From NCBI RefSeq assembly GCF_009914755.1, contig NC_060932.1: DNA of 64,000 nt; one strand, 5' to 3'. This DNA comes from the human T2T-CHM13v2.0 reference genome, Homo sapiens. This document shows, piece after piece, positions 40,703 through 56,900 of this stretch. Both the position numbers and the translations under genes were made by a program. Each line of letters starts with the position of its first letter. Position 1 is the first letter of the stretch. The notes beneath the pieces were generated by a model. It worked only from the letters and a program-made list of their open reading frames with translations. It was not told where the DNA came from and did no database searches.

Positions 40703-42398
40703 TATAGTGTTCTCAAAATGCAACAATAAGAAAACAAACAACCCAATTTTCAAAAAAAAAAAAAGAGCAAAGATTTGAACTGACATTTTACTAAAGAAGA
40801 TAAGCACATGAAAAGATGCTTTTAGAGAAATGCAGATTTAAACCACCATGGGATATCTTTACAAATCTGTTAAAATGACTAAAATGAAAAAGACTGACAA
40901 TACGAAGTGCTAAAGCAGATGTGGTGTAAATAGAACTCTTACAAATTGCAGGTGAGTATTCAAAATGGTACAGCCATTTCTGAAGACAGTTTGGCAATTT
41001 CTATAAAGTTAAACATAGCCTTACCATGTATCATACACAAGAGAAATGAAAACTTATGTATATACAAAAACCTTGTATGCAGAGTTTTGTAGAGTCTTTA
41101 TTCAGAATCACACATGCACAAACTGAAAATACCCCAAAAGTGCTTCAACTGGTGATAGAAAAACAATGCAAATGCATAGGATGGAGTGCTATCCAGCAAT
41201 AGAAAGGAAAAAAAAAATGGATATATTAATCAACGTAGATGGCATGAATGTAGTATGCTAAGTGAAAGAAATCAGACTTAAAGGCTAATACTGGATGATT
41301 CTGTTTATATGACATTCTGGAAAATGCAAATTACAGGAACAGCAAATAGATGAGTGTTTGCCAGTGGACTGGGGTGGATGAAGGGCAGCATGAGGAAATT
41401 TGGGGAGGTGAAAGAATGTTTCTGTATCGTGATTTTAGAGGTTGTTACACAACTGTAAGCCTAAATTATATATCTAAATGTATCACGTATAGGCCAAAAA
41501 GAATTAACCTTACTGCACACATATTTTTTAAAGTGAGTAGAGTAAAAGTAAAACAGCAAAAAAGAATCAAGTGTTGTTTTTTTTTTTGTTTTTTGTTTTT
41601 TGTTTTAGCTTGTGTGGTCACAAAGAAAAAGAACTATGGCAAAAATTAAGGAAGACATCAGAAAAGAAAAAAGAAAACCAAAAATATGTAAAGTCCTGGA
41701 AGAGAAAGGAAGAAACTTTCTAGAAGCAGATGATGGCAAGCATGTTTAAATGTCAAAGAAAGTTGTCGACTTTAGAAAGAGCTGTTTCAGCAAAAGGGTC
41801 ACCCCGTCTAACATTTTATTATTTCTTAGGTAAACAATGCATTAATCTGACATCTAAATAACCACTCTTGTAAGAAGTCTGGTAATGATAAGAAAAGACA
41901 AATGTAGGTGCTAGATGGGACTTTCGGTTTAAGAGGCAGATTTTTCAAGATGGAGATGGAGTTAAGAATGTAGGATACAGGAAGAGCAAGGGATTCATAG
42001 CCGAGGGAAAATGAAGACGTTAGAGAAGGGAGCAATGGGAGTGACAGCATGGCCTCTTTGGAAGTGAGAAGAGATGGAGATTAGCCTGTAAGGAAGGGAA
42101 GGGACCTTTTTTCCCTTGAGTTAGGGAGAAAGGCCAGGGATAAGACAATGAGACCGAAATAGGAAGGGGCAAAGGACTGTAACGGGCTGAGGTTATCCCA
42201 GGATGGCCTGTGAACTCCATTCCTTCTTCTCTTTAATGGTGATGAGTCTTAAGACATTGTAGAAGATTTTCAGACCGCTTTTTCCTTCCTGTGGTAATTT
42301 CAAAATGGCTGATGGGAGCTCTTTTTTTTGTTAACTGTTGATGCTGCTCTTTGACAAGCTTAACCTGACTCAGTAGTGTATACAGGAAGGTGTTAACC

Positions 42399-42415
42399 TA
42401 GCGCCCCCTTGTGGG
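42399..42415 (-). promoter_or_regulatory. Near-consensus CTCF binding motif
   Basis: Minus strand CCCACAAGGGGGCGCTA versus consensus GCCACCAGGGGGCGCTA. CpG retained in a CpG-poor context. Confidence 0.7.
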
Positions 42416-42484
42416 CTGAGGGAAGAATGGGGCTCTGTAATATTTGCAAAGGCAATACTCTAGAATTCACGAGGCTTTACAAGA

Positions 42485-42600
42485 CGGTTGAAAAATTACC
42501 TATCAGGTACAATGTTCACGTTTTGGGTAATGGGTACACTAGAAGCCCAGTTCCTACCAGTATGCAATATGTCCATGTAACAAGCATGCATTTTTAAAAA
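42485..42600 (+). mobile_element. L1MA/L1PB 3'UTR fragment
   Basis: ggttgaaaaattacctatcaggtacaatgttcac...ccatgtaacaagcatgca. Confidence 0.75.
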
Positions 42601-44309
42601 TAATTGTATGGAGGTGCTATTATATTTTCTGAGCCTTCTTCTCCCCAAAGTAACCAAGGTTTAGTCAAGTGTCACCTTGAATAAATATTCAGGGATAATG
42701 TGCCAGCAGAAATGTTAATAATGGGTAAAAATAACGTTTGAATGAATTCTACTTCCAGATGTGTTCAAGTATATTTGTAGCTTTCATTCAGACAAGGCTT
42801 TTGTATATATAACTTTTGGCACTGAAAAAAAAGGAAACGGGAAAAAATAGTTCTGAGATTGTTCTGATTATTCCTAAGCTGTTACTTAATGAATGTCATT
42901 CATAAATCTATTTGTAAGACTATTGACCACTGACAGTGAAGCTATAGAAACCAATTTGCAACGGTGTTTGGAATAGGAGGCTTGGGATATGGATGTTAAA
43001 CATCAGAAAATTCAAAGCAATTTTTCCATGAAAAGGCCTAAGAATAAATGAAATTTGACGTATGTCATACGATGTTTGCCAATGAAATAAAAATCCTACA
43101 GAGACACACATAGTGCTTTAATTGCAAAAATAACACCTGCCCTAAGGAGAAATACAGCGAAAAGCCTCATGATTCCCATTACCTCTAATTGGAATCAAAC
43201 AGCAAAATCCCTGACCTCCAGAGTAGGTATTCATTTCACAGCTGACATTTGATTTTTCTCAACTGATATTTCAAAATTATCATAAAGGAAGAAAGATGTT
43301 TTAGAGCCCTGCTTAATTCAATGTTCTAGGCTTGATTTGTGAGACTACATTCAGAAGTCAAGTGAAACCCTTCTCTACACCCCTTTAGAGCCATATGGCA
43401 AGATGAAGATAGACTCAGGTCATGGTGGTTTTTCCTTCTAAGCCATTCTGTTCATGGGAAAGTGCTGTGGCAAAGCAGAAAAAAGTGTGAATTTCCACAC
43501 TCATGACCAATACATAAATAAATAACTGTATGGTTTCCATCCTTAAATGGAAACAAAATGGCTTCATCTTCAACTTGCAATAATTTTGTCCATACCATCA
43601 GAGCTATTCTCAGAGGCTGAGCACTTCTAGATCTAGAAATAATGCAGCCCAAGCAAGCAGCAGTATGCGTCCAGTTGTCTATACTCAGGCTGACTATAAA
43701 GACTGATCACCTGAAAGGTAAAATTTATAAGTTTCAAAGCTACCACAGTATTTATTTCTTGAATCTGCCAGTTGAATATTAATAAATCTACTGAGAAGTG
43801 CTGCTATGGGGAATTCCTTCCCTGGCTGTTTGAAGAGTGAAAACTAATTACAGTTACATGGCTGATGGCTAAAATCTTACTTGATGACTGTGCCGAGTCT
43901 ATACAACAGCAAACACCTGAAAGAAAACCAAAAATGGCAATAAATTGTCCTAGATATTTGACCTATCCAATATTGAAAAACATGAAAATGCACAAAACTA
44001 TAGACACTAGAACTTCCCTGTAACATTATTTTCAGGATCCATTGGAATTTCCTATGGGGAAATTATAATGAGGATTATTTCAGATAAAACCAGCTGGAAG
44101 AATGAAATCACTCCTGAGAATACTGGTGATATTGGAAATAGAAAGGAATAGATAGGAATAGAAATTTAGAAATCAACTTTAGGGAGGAACTGTGTAATCA
44201 AATCAATTTCCCTAATTTTGGAACACAGAGAAGGACCAGCAAAAGGTAAAGCTGGGTGCCTGATAGATGCTAGTGATTAACAGCGCAACTTCCTCACACA
44301 TCCACCAGC

Positions 44310-44475
44310 ACTCTCTTCTTTCTCACTCTTTGGCATTTTTATACTTATTTAGTGTCTGTTCTTTTCACCCCACTACTATAAGTAAGCTCTATAGGGGCAG
44401 GTGTTTTGTTTTGCTCTTGGGGAAGTCCCAGTGCCTAGACAATTGCTTGTAATGCAGTAGATGCTCCCAGGAAAA
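44310..44475 (+). mobile_element. L2 3' fragment
   Basis: taagctctataggggcagg...cccagtgcctagac...agtagatgctc. Confidence 0.65.
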
Positions 44476-44519
44476 CACATATAGCTGGTGAATTGGGACA
44501 GAGAAAAGAGACAAGACAT

Positions 44520-44725
44520 AAAGTGCAGAACAGTAGTCATTGGAGACTTGGAAGGTGGGAGGATGGGAGGGGGTGAGGGTTGAAAACTTAATGGGTATGA
44601 TGTACACTATGTGGATGATGATTACACTAAAAGCCCAAACTTGACCACTACACAATATAGCCATGTAACAAAATTGCACTTGTGCCCCTTAAGTTTATAC
44701 AAATGAAAATTTTAAAAATTTAAAA
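44520..44725 (+). mobile_element. L1MA 3'UTR fragment
   Basis: cattggagacttggaaggtgggagg...ccatgtaacaaaattgcacttgtgccccttaa. Confidence 0.8.
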
Positions 44726-45439
44726 ATTATATGAGAACTAGGAGAAAAACTATAAGAAGAGTCATAAGCAGGTGGCTCATTGCTGACAGGTGAGGCTAAA
44801 AAGTAAAAAAGCAAAAAATTTAGGAAGGGACCATAGATTAGAATAATAAATTAGAAAGAGGTTTAGCGGAGTCAGGAGCTAGGCAGGCTATGTCATGACT
44901 GGCATAGCAAGCCACCTACTGAAAAGTGTCCCTCTAAGTGGGCTTCCATAGCACCCATGAGTCCCCCTTGAGTTAAGGCAAAACATTTGTTAATTTGCAA
45001 TTTTAAGAAGCAGGAGGCATAACAGAATATTAGAAGCCATTAACATGGATTTGTTTTTCAGATTGCCACCTTTCTCCTTCAAGTGCTTTTAAAATTAGCA
45101 ACATAAATGTGTGTGATGTGACACATGACAAAATGTCTTACCAATTATTTTGAACAGTTGCTAAAATTAAGATTGATTATAGAGATCAGAATTGAGATGT
45201 ACTTGGAGTACACAAGGAAATATCTTTTTATATTGAATTTCCTAACTTTCCAAAGTTCAGCATTAACGTAAAACTTTGACATTAGTGAGCATTCACACAG
45301 GTCAGAAAAATTGACCCTAGAGGCTAATATTGTGCAGGGTAAGCAACTTGAGATATAAATGTGTTCTGGATACCCTACATACAACCTGCCACCTAATATT
45401 TCTCAATTATAATTACTATTCAAGGGCAACAAGCCAGAG

Positions 45440-45800
45440 GGAATGCCTACACTGGAATTCCACAGGGATCTGACATGGGCTTGGGACAATTTAACTTCTT
45501 AATTAATGACTCATGAAAACCAATACAAAATATTGTCATTAAGTATACATATGACCCAAATTAGGTCACCATGGTGCTAGACAGGACCAAATTAAAAATA
45601 GGAAAGCAACCTTGTTAAACTGTCAAATAGAAGATGAGGGTATGTGTAAACAAGATGGAGCTGACAGGATTAAAAGTTCTCACAATTTGACAAGAACCGA
45701 AACAAAAGAGAGGAATGAGGAAGGGGTAGGAGAGCAGATAGGAGGATCCCTTCAGCACAAACTGGACAGAAAAGATCTGAAGGTCATAATGATTTTCATG
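45440..45800 (+). mobile_element. CR1/L3 LINE RT remnant
   Basis: From 45454 the sequence reads GIPQGSDMGLGQFNFLIND, like CR1 GVPQGSVLGPVLFNIFIND, followed by a decayed KFADD-like segment near 45540. Extent approximate. Confidence 0.65.
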
Positions 45801-47149
45801 TTAGTCAGTAATGTGTAAAGTATCTTACATATGTAAATACTTATCGCAGTGCTTTATATGAAGTTAAGTGCTTTTTTCAAATGGTAGCTATTAGCATTAA
45901 TACATGAATAGGGATATAGCAGGGCAAATGTGAGCTATATTCTCAGTTTGTTAAATTCATGCTGTCTAAGATTGAAGTCAACCAGCCATAACAAGCTACC
46001 TTTACCACTCAAGCCCACCACATTGGATCTCCTGGAGTGAGGCCATCTTTTCACAGATAGATTTTCTCATAGTTCCTGCTTCCCCTGGGAAATTGTGACC
46101 ACTGGTCTTGAGAATTCTCTCCTAATATCCAACCTCACAATCATTTGAGTAAAAACTTAGTAAGAAGGAGGCAGCCCGTGGGGAAAGGTAGCCCTTAGCC
46201 ATCTGGAGAACTAAATTCTCGATACAGTTGCTTTGCTGGAAGAACCTGAAATCAATGGACACCCTTTGCACCTGGAACAATTATTCTGCTACTTACCAAA
46301 GCACATTTAATCATATCTCCACTCCAACAGCATCCCCAACAGCCCCTACCTAGTCATTGTTGCCTCTCACTTGTCATCGCTAATAAGAGACAAGAGCTCA
46401 CTGGCCATGGAGAAAGTGAATTGGGACACAGGTGCCTAGAACACACACACAGGTCATTGGAGTCCTGATTGCAACTCCAATATGTGGTGGGAAACTTGGA
46501 AAGTGCTCAAAAACAGTGGGGTTTCTTTTTAATGGTATGATTATGGGCTTGGGAACTTGATCTGGAGAGAAAAAGAAAAATGAACTGTATATATTAAATG
46601 AACAGAAGAGAATCCTGTCTAGGGACTTGATTATGGGGATTCTGGTAGTGATGGTTAGCTGCTGTTCTCTGTGCACTTGAGAATGTTTCAGGAGTCTTGC
46701 TATGCAGCACAATGGGTTCAAGTTAGACATTAAAATCTTCCTGAAATGAACCATTTCCTGCAATAATGCACTTTGCTGTAAATTTTTCAGAGAAAACATA
46801 CAGCATTTTGGAAAGCATTTATTCAGTTACATCAAAGATATGTGAAGTTATGCAAATTTTGAACTATCATCAATTGAGAACTTCTCAGGCAGCACATGTA
46901 CATTTAAGGGTGGAAGGATAGTCTTCAAGAAAAGCTCAAGTATCCAGGATCTTCCGGTCAGCTGGTCTTGACTCTAGTCTTGTTTTCTTCATACTCCAGA
47001 TTTTTCTCCTGAGCTCAGGAGCCATATTTAAAATAAGATTATAATTAAAGTTGAAGAAAACTTTTAGAGTGAAAGGAACGGGCCCTGGAAATTGTTGAGT
47101 AGAGATAGGGATGTGTCCTTCTTACATTGACTCAATCTAGAAAGGAAGA

Positions 47150-47375
47150 AAGGGGCATGGGATTTTCAGAGTCAGGCAAATCTCACTTTGAATCTCAGAT
47201 AGTGAGTTAACTAGCTCTGGGACTGTGAATTAATTCACCTTTCTGAGCTTAACATTTTTCTCATGCTTGAAATGGGAATAATAATGATATTTACTTTACA
47301 GTGATCTTGCTAGGATTAGGTGATATAAGTAAAACTCCTGGAATGTAGTTGGTACTCAAATTGTAGTCATTATTA
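47150..47375 (+). mobile_element. MIR
   Basis: agagtcaggcaaatc...actagctctgggactgtg...aaatgggaataataat...aggattaggtgatataagtaaa. Confidence 0.7.
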
Positions 47376-47496
47376 CATCCATCCTCTCCCATTCTTCATC
47401 CTGAGATACATGATACTGTATTGCGTTGTGATATTGTATATATTGTGATGTTTACCTTGATATGGCCCAAAGGAAATATTTTTTGGTGTTTACTTA

Positions 47497-47697
47497 TAGG
47501 GTTGCCAGAAAGTATACAGGAAGCCTGCTAAATTTGAATTTCAGATAAGCAAGGAATTCTTTTTTAGCATAGGAATGTCCCAAATATTGCATGGGATGTA
47601 TTTGCACATTTAAAAAGTTATTTATCCAAAAATTTAAATTTCAGATCAAATTTAAGTGGGTTTCCAGCATTTTTATTTGCTAAGTCTGGCAAGGCTG
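47497..47697 (-). mobile_element. MER53 palindromic MITE
   Basis: tagggttgccaga...aaatttgaatttcagata...atgtcccaaatattgcatggga...tttatttgctaagtctggcaa. Confidence 0.85.
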
Positions 47698-47699
47698 CC

Positions 47700-48050
47700 T
47701 ACTCAGCATCTATTCCTTACTTACCCTTTTCTAACAACACGTCAGTTTTTATTCTGGTAATGAACCCTCTGCTGCAACAGTTGACTCTACCTGGCCCTCA
47801 AGTGGACTATGCCAGGCCCCTAGATAGTTTAAGCCCATCAGCACATTTCATCCCCTGGAAGAAGTGATTGGTTGTTTGGTGAAAATGCAACCTAAGTCAA
47901 AGCGAATCTCAGGACTCTTGTTAGGAACACAGAACTAGAAATGCTAGCTCTCCCTTGGCTGTAGACAAGAAATAGGGAGCCCCTGAAATTGCTGGTAATT
48001 ATTTGGCTGCTATGAGGGAATCTGACCCATAGAAGATACAAAGCCAAAAT
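47700..48050 (+). mobile_element. Old ERVL LTR (LTR16-like) fragment
   Basis: gcccatcagcacatttcatcccctgg...agtgattggtt. Confidence 0.45.
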
Positions 48051-48340
48051 TATTGCCGGGGAACAGCCCATTTCTGGAGCTAGGAGTGGGATCAGTTTCC
48101 TTGGAAGTACATTGCTGTGTGGGGAAAGGATGAACACTTGAACAAGACCTTTTTTAAATCTTTCTTCTTTTTTTTAGGGAAGGAAGAAGGAATGAATAAT
48201 TAATCCACCAAAAGGTGAAACATGGAACTAAAAAAAAAATGTGTCCTTTTATCAGTTCTATTACTTGGCTGCAAGTAATAGAAAAACCTAACCCAGACAG
48301 ATGTAAACAATAAAGGGAATTAGTAGGTGGCTATAACATA

Positions 48341-48792
48341 TTTCAACCTAAATAACAACAGAGAGAGGCTCTCTAAAAGAGAAAGATACTTATTTGGGAA
48401 TAGAGCATTGGGAATACACATGTCACAGTAAACTATGTACATACTCAGGGAGATAAAGATTTTTAAGGGAAATAAATGAGGAAGATGTCATAATTGTTCT
48501 GAAATAATTATCCTTGGCTACCAAAGTCAGTAATAAGTGTGATGCCAGTCTGAGATTGGACAGGCAGTTGCTGGGCAGTTGTCGTTGCCGAAGTATTTTT
48601 TGTCTAAGACTGTGTGTCCTTTGGGCAAGGTTGTGTTTTTTGTGGAATTATTTTGTGATAGTTTTTGTTATCAGGCATACAAGCATGAGAAACCTCTTTT
48701 CACGGCCTCCTCCCCCACTCTATTTGTCACGCTTTTTATTTGCTTGTTTTCTTTTAACATTAGTGACTGCTTTGATTTTGACAATTTTCACA
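48341..48792 (-). mobile_element. ERV1 MER4-group solo LTR (MER72-like; subfamily uncertain)
   Basis: Reverse strand begins TGTGAAAATTGTCAAAATCAAAGCAGTCACTAATG. Perfect 4-bp TSD CATA at 48337-40 and 48793-96. Confidence 0.8.
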
Positions 48793-50249
48793 CATAAAAT
48801 CCCAAAAGTAGATGAGCCTCAAGTTTGTCTACAGGGTCCTCTTTAGGGAAGTTGTTTATTTAAAAGTAAAATATGGCAACACAGAGAATGAGGGAGAGTT
48901 GTTTTTTTCTTTTCTTTTTCTTTTTTTTTTTAGCTTAGCCACTGATTCTGTTTTTATGATTCTGTAATTCTATGATGATCTGGCAAACTTAAAATGCAGC
49001 TGTATTCATCAGTTTTCCAAATTATTATTTATGTGGCTTTATACAGAGTCCAGAGCCAAATTTTAGAATTTTAGTAACATTTGTTTGAATCGCAGTCTTA
49101 TCTGCTTAGAAATGGAAGCTTCATATTTTTTTGTACGTATCCTAGAATTGCTTCTGCCAGTTCAAGATTTCTTAAGTTTATACTTATCAGGTTCATTTCT
49201 GGATGCCTTGTGTCTTTGCAAATTGTAATTTTTTCATTTTCAGTGAAACTAATATGACAATTAAAAAGTCTGATATATAGCAGTCCTTGCTGTCTGAATT
49301 TAGATCTTAGATTTTTTTAAGATAACATTTTTTCCACACCTGATTTTAACAATATATATAATGATAATTGCTATAAAGTAAAAGGTATGTGATAAGAAAT
49401 CTTCTTCCACTTCAGCAAACATGTTTTGAGCACCATTATGTCTAACGTTAGGATAGATATTCTTACCTCCATGAGCCACTAATATGCATACTATAGAAGA
49501 TATTTGAATCATGAGTCTGAGCACTGGAAACATTCAAACTGTAGAATTGCTCAGAAATAATTTTTAGGTGACTATCACTTTTTAAATTGCATATTGACAT
49601 ATTTGAAAATAACAAAGGTGTATTTCAGCGGGCAGAGATGACAGCTCAGAGCTGCCCTGTGGCCTAATCAAAGCCAAGGTTGCAATCAGAATAAGAAAAT
49701 CACCTGGTTAGACTTGCAGGTACCATATTTACTGCCTTAGTTTTTAACCAGTACATGTTTCAAAAGACAGCAACTGTCTTGAAGTGCTGCTTTCCAATTG
49801 CACGAATGTGTATTAGATAAATCATTGATTAATTAGCATAATGGAAAGAAATACTTGCAGAACACATCTAGTGAAACAGAGCAAGTCTTTTCCTTTTTTG
49901 CTGGGCTCTACTGGAATTCTACCTTAGCTTCAGAAATAGTGTTGTTTTGGGCAAAGACAGATTTCAGACCATCCCAGTAAAATATCTTCTACTGTAAATA
50001 GCATTTGTTAATGATATGAATAAGAACAGAACAGCTAGTATTTACTGAGCTGTTGCATCAGGAGTGTTTCGCACTCATTTTCTCTTTTTGTCTTCAGTGG
50101 ACAACTCTGTCCTAATTTTGTGGGGGAGTGTTTTGCTGAATCCAAAGCAATGAGGGGCCACTTGGACAGTATCGCTATAAAGCAGAGCCAGCACAAGGAC
50201 ACAAATTCTTCTGGGTGTTGCTGGGGCTCATAAGCAGTAAGATACACCA

Positions 50250-50420
50250 TTCAATATTGGAGTGTTGTGAAGCAGACAATATTGTTCCCATTTTGTAGAT
50301 GGGAAAACTGTGACTAGGAAGCTAGTCACCTGCCAGACTCACCTAGCTGATAAATGGAAAGCCTCAGTTAAATTCAGACTTCTCACCAAAGAGCTTTATT
50401 GCTCTTTGTACTTCATGTCT
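50250..50420 (-). mobile_element. MIR fragment
   Basis: tattgttcccattttgtagatgggaaaactgtgact. Confidence 0.65.
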
Positions 50421-51174
50421 GCTATAGTTCCATTCAACTACTTTACCAATTTGTATTTGTTTATCATAAAAAGTTTAGAAATATAGATGGTATCTGTCTT
50501 GACAAGAAGAAGCTTTCAACGATATAGAAGATGACCAACTAAGGAAGTTTTGTGGTGAGATTGATTTGAGGATATAAATTTTTAAGAGAATATTAAGCTT
50601 CAAAAACAGCTTATTTTCATCAGCATAAGCAAAGGTAGCTGAATCCAAGCAATACTGTTCTAAACCCATATGTTTCTTAAACATGTAAGAAAGATAAAAA
50701 CACACAAATGACATTAGCTTTAAGAGGTATGTTTTTCTCATCAAGCTTTCAACTAATATATATAAACTCTATTATTAGCATTGCTAAGAAATTGTTTTTG
50801 TGTAATTCAAACTTCATTGTAAACTTCCTTTCAGGGTCTGGCTTAAACTCACAAAGCAACAAACTTCAAATTAAGACCTCCCTTTTCAAACTGTCCTTTT
50901 GTTCCACAGAGCAGGCACTAGCCCTCCACGTTAGAGAAATCAGTATCTCAACAGAAGGTTACTGCTTGAAGCAGAACAACCTTTAACATATGGAAAGATT
51001 CTCCACCAAATTGTTGGACATTTGTAGTTCTACTCCTTATCAGCTTTACCTGTATAATCTCCATCAAGATGGGTCTGTTTCACAGGCAGGCATTGTGAAG
51101 AATATAGCATATTCTAAAGGTCAGGTTGTCCATTCCACTCTCTAGTCTGTTGCTCTCATAAAAATGACCATATG

Positions 51175-51560
<386 letters not shown>

Positions 51561-51676
51561 CTAAATATTTATGTGTGTGGACTTTTGACATTTTTCCACA
51601 CGTCACCTTGGAAAATGTCACTTGCCCTTTTAGGCCTCAGTCTTCTCATCAATAAAATAAAATCATTGAACTAGAT

Positions 51677-53953
<2,277 letters not shown>

Positions 53954-54478
53954 GGCTAAATCACCTCTGTCTCAGTGGTACATAACTGCTGGTACTGGGG
54001 TTAAAATGCACACTTTTTTTGAAATGATGATGAGAGTAGATATTAGATACTTAATTTTTTAAAAAAATTCCTAATTGGTAAGATAAAATATTGTGATCTT
54101 TTGTTCCTTCATTAAAAAATAGTTACACTGCCAATCTATATATAGACAGGCCCATGAACTCTTCTTGTAACCTCCTATTATTCAGACAGGGAAAAACATT
54201 GGTTTTTGATAGAGATTGTTATCACCCAAATGAGTGTCAGATGGTGTTTTATTTAACTGTCTCTTTGTGCCCTTGTAACTTTTATATGGAAAATGTATTT
54301 GATTGGTAACCTAATTAATAAGAAGACACTTTAATACTACCCTAATGTCAAGTTCTACCTTGTTTTGTCTTTGTCTGGGCTTTCCAAAGTTTCTCACAAT
54401 TGATTTTGAGTCACACTCTGAGACTAACGCCAAAAGTTCAGTCCTCAAACATCATTTTAAGGTATCAGAAATAAAAAT

Positions 54479-54870
54479 TGCTGGGTGCGGTGGCTCACAA
54501 CTGTAACCTCAACAGTTTGAGAGGCTGAGACAGGAAGATTGCTTGAGACCAGGAGTTTGAGACCAGCCTGGGCAACATAGCAAGACCCTGTCTCTAATAT
54601 ATATATAAAATTAGCTGGGCATGGTGGTGCATGCCTGTAGTCCCAGATACTCAGGAGGCTGAGGATCACTTGAGCCCCAAAGGTCAAGGCTGCAGAGAGC
54701 TGTAATCATGCCACTGCACTCCCTTCTGGGCAACAGACTGAGACCCTGTCAAAAGAAAAGAGGAAGGAAAGAAGGAAGGAAGGAAAGAAGGAAGGAAAAA
54801 AGAAAAAGAAGAGAGAAAGAAAGAGAGAAGAAATTTAAAAAAGGAAAGGAAAGGAAAACAAAGGAAAAGA
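54479..54870 (+). mobile_element. AluJ with tail expanded into a GA-rich tract
   Basis: gattgcttgagaccaggagtttgagaccagcctgggcaacatagcaagaccc. (GGAA/GAAA) tract at 54751-54870. Confidence 0.9.
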
Positions 54871-56024
54871 GAATTAATATATGTGAACTTTTCCAGTAGT
54901 TGCTCAAAAAATGACTGCTGCCAAACTCTGAGGGGAAAATTCCCGACTCGATCAATAGCTCTCTTTGGAACACTATGTCTTTGACAGATTACTTCTGGTT
55001 ATAAGATGAAAATTTGATTTTTAATTTTGAATAGGAATTTTTATGCTTAATTAAAGAAAACTGCAACTCAAGATTGTATCAGTGAATATTTCCTTTCCCT
55101 AATCAATTATATGGTAAAATAAGATTATCATGTTCATGTAATCTATATAAAGTTCATACCATTAAATGATGGGTCAGCTAATTAATTATTTCCAAAGCAC
55201 TTTGGTAGTGCTGAAGAATGCTTTTTTTTTTGTCCTCATAGAGTCCTTCTTTAATTTGATTTCCAATATGTAGTGCTTTTCTCCAGATTTTTAAAAGTAC
55301 TTCTTTTTATTCTTCCCCATTACATCATCCTTTTTCCTCCTTGTTGGACTGAGTGACAAAGGGCCTTGAATTCATGATGAAAGAAGATGTAATTGAGCCT
55401 AGTGAACTAACCACAGGAAAATGTGAGTTCAAACTCTGGCACAGTCTCCTCTTCATTATCAAATCTTGAAGTTTCATAATTGAGACAATGTATATTGTTA
55501 TAATACTTCATGGATATGTTGTAAAGATTACTGAGTAATGTTTCGTTTGGCATCACTAATCTGAAGATGTAGGAAGAGATAAATGCTTTTCCAAATGCAT
55601 TCCACTTGAGTGAGGGCGGAAGTTCTGGGAAGCAACTCTGTCCCAAAATGCTAATCAAGTCAATGGCAGTAGAAACAAGGTGTTAGAAGCATGCCTTTTT
55701 CACTTGTAGGAAGTTGTAATTAGCCTAATTTCTTTTGGAAGGATTCTGAGAGACCTGTGTATAGCCTGGGAAGTAGAACCTGTTCTTCTTGCTGTGAAAT
55801 TGACTTCATTCTGGTATTAGTTTCAAAGGTAGGTGAAAGCAGTCAGAAGCAGGTCTTAGATCTAAATATCCACACTGCTCTATTACACTGACTGTCTTTT
55901 TATTCACTCTCTGGGAAAGGACTAGCCAATGGTTTTTAGTGCAGAATCCCTTTGATCACTGCAGAGTCCTATTATGCTTCCATGGAAGAGCCTTCACAAT
56001 GATGACATCTCAGTCTACAGCAGG

Positions 56025-56215
56025 GCAAGACTTCTCACCCTCAGCACTCTTGACATTAGGGGTTGAATAATTCTTTGACTGGGGATAAGAGGCTGGCCTG
56101 TGCATTGTAGAATGTGTAATAGCAAGCCTGGTCTCCACCCATTAGACGCCAGTAGCAGTCCCACTGCACAGTGGCAACAATCAAAAATGTCTCTAGACAT
56201 TGCCAAATAATCATT
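56025..56215 (+). mobile_element. MER20 (hAT-Charlie)
   Basis: ctcagcactcttgacatt...ctgtgcattgtagaatg...cccattagacgccagtagca...caaaaatgtctctagacattgccaaa. Confidence 0.85.
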
Positions 56216-56689
56216 GAAGGCAAAAGAAATACTAATCTATAGGGTCACAAAATATAGGAATTAAAAGAAACTTCACATGTAGTTCTGTTTTTTCTAAGTT
56301 GTAGCTTCTTGACCACTCATGGTATACTTGATGATTTTAGGAAAGAGGCAGCATTAAATGACATTGAATTACGTAGTAGAAAGTAATTATCTTTTCAATT
56401 TTCTTTCAGGTGTTCTCTTTAATCAAGAAGAAAGTCTCTGTTTACTACTAGAACATCTTTAACACCTCCCAATATTTGCATATGATAGAAACCAGAAGAA
56501 GTAAAACCTCAGGTACATAGCAGACAACATTATCTAGCTATTATTTAATAACGTGGTTTTATTTTTATGGTATTTATTTTCATAAGTGGCATTGGTTCTT
56601 CATTTGCCCTATGGATAAAAGTTTCTTTTCGAATTAATGTATTTGGTAATTACATTGGAAAATATTTAGCAATAATTCTAATCCTGCCA

Positions 56690-56900
56690 AAAGTCAAGAT
56701 AATGTTTACCCCAACGAAATAATGACTGTGAGGGGCCTGAGGGGGATCATCTGGGGTGTTGGTAATGTTCTGCTTCTTGGTCTGGTGGCATAAGGATGTT
56801 CAGTTTGTAAAAGCTTATCCAGCATATAGTCATGAGTTGTACACCTTCCTGTATATAAGGTATACTTCAATTACATTTCAAAATTTAAATTACAAAAATA
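56690..56900 (+). mobile_element. L1ME-like 3' end
   Basis: ctggggtgttggtaatgttctgcttcttggtctgg...tatacttcaat. Confidence 0.6.

Larger units (their letters stand above)
38890..41535 (+). mobile_element. Old L1M (L1MB/MC-like) ORF2 3' region and 3'UTR, with two insertions
   Basis: Degenerate L1 ORF2 sequence (cattcaatgcactccc, atttttggcaaaggtacaaaggcaattcagtgg, aaatgcagatttaaaccacc) and 3'UTR (atgctaagtgaaagaaatcagact). Interrupted at 39.2-39.5 kb and 40110-40702. Confidence 0.85.

Noticed and set aside
44430-44523. Segment missing from the 39.2-kb copy read as a spliced-out intron (GT...AG ends)
   Set aside because: The donor gtgcct is poor and there is no polypyrimidine tract. AGTG microhomology explains the deletion more simply.
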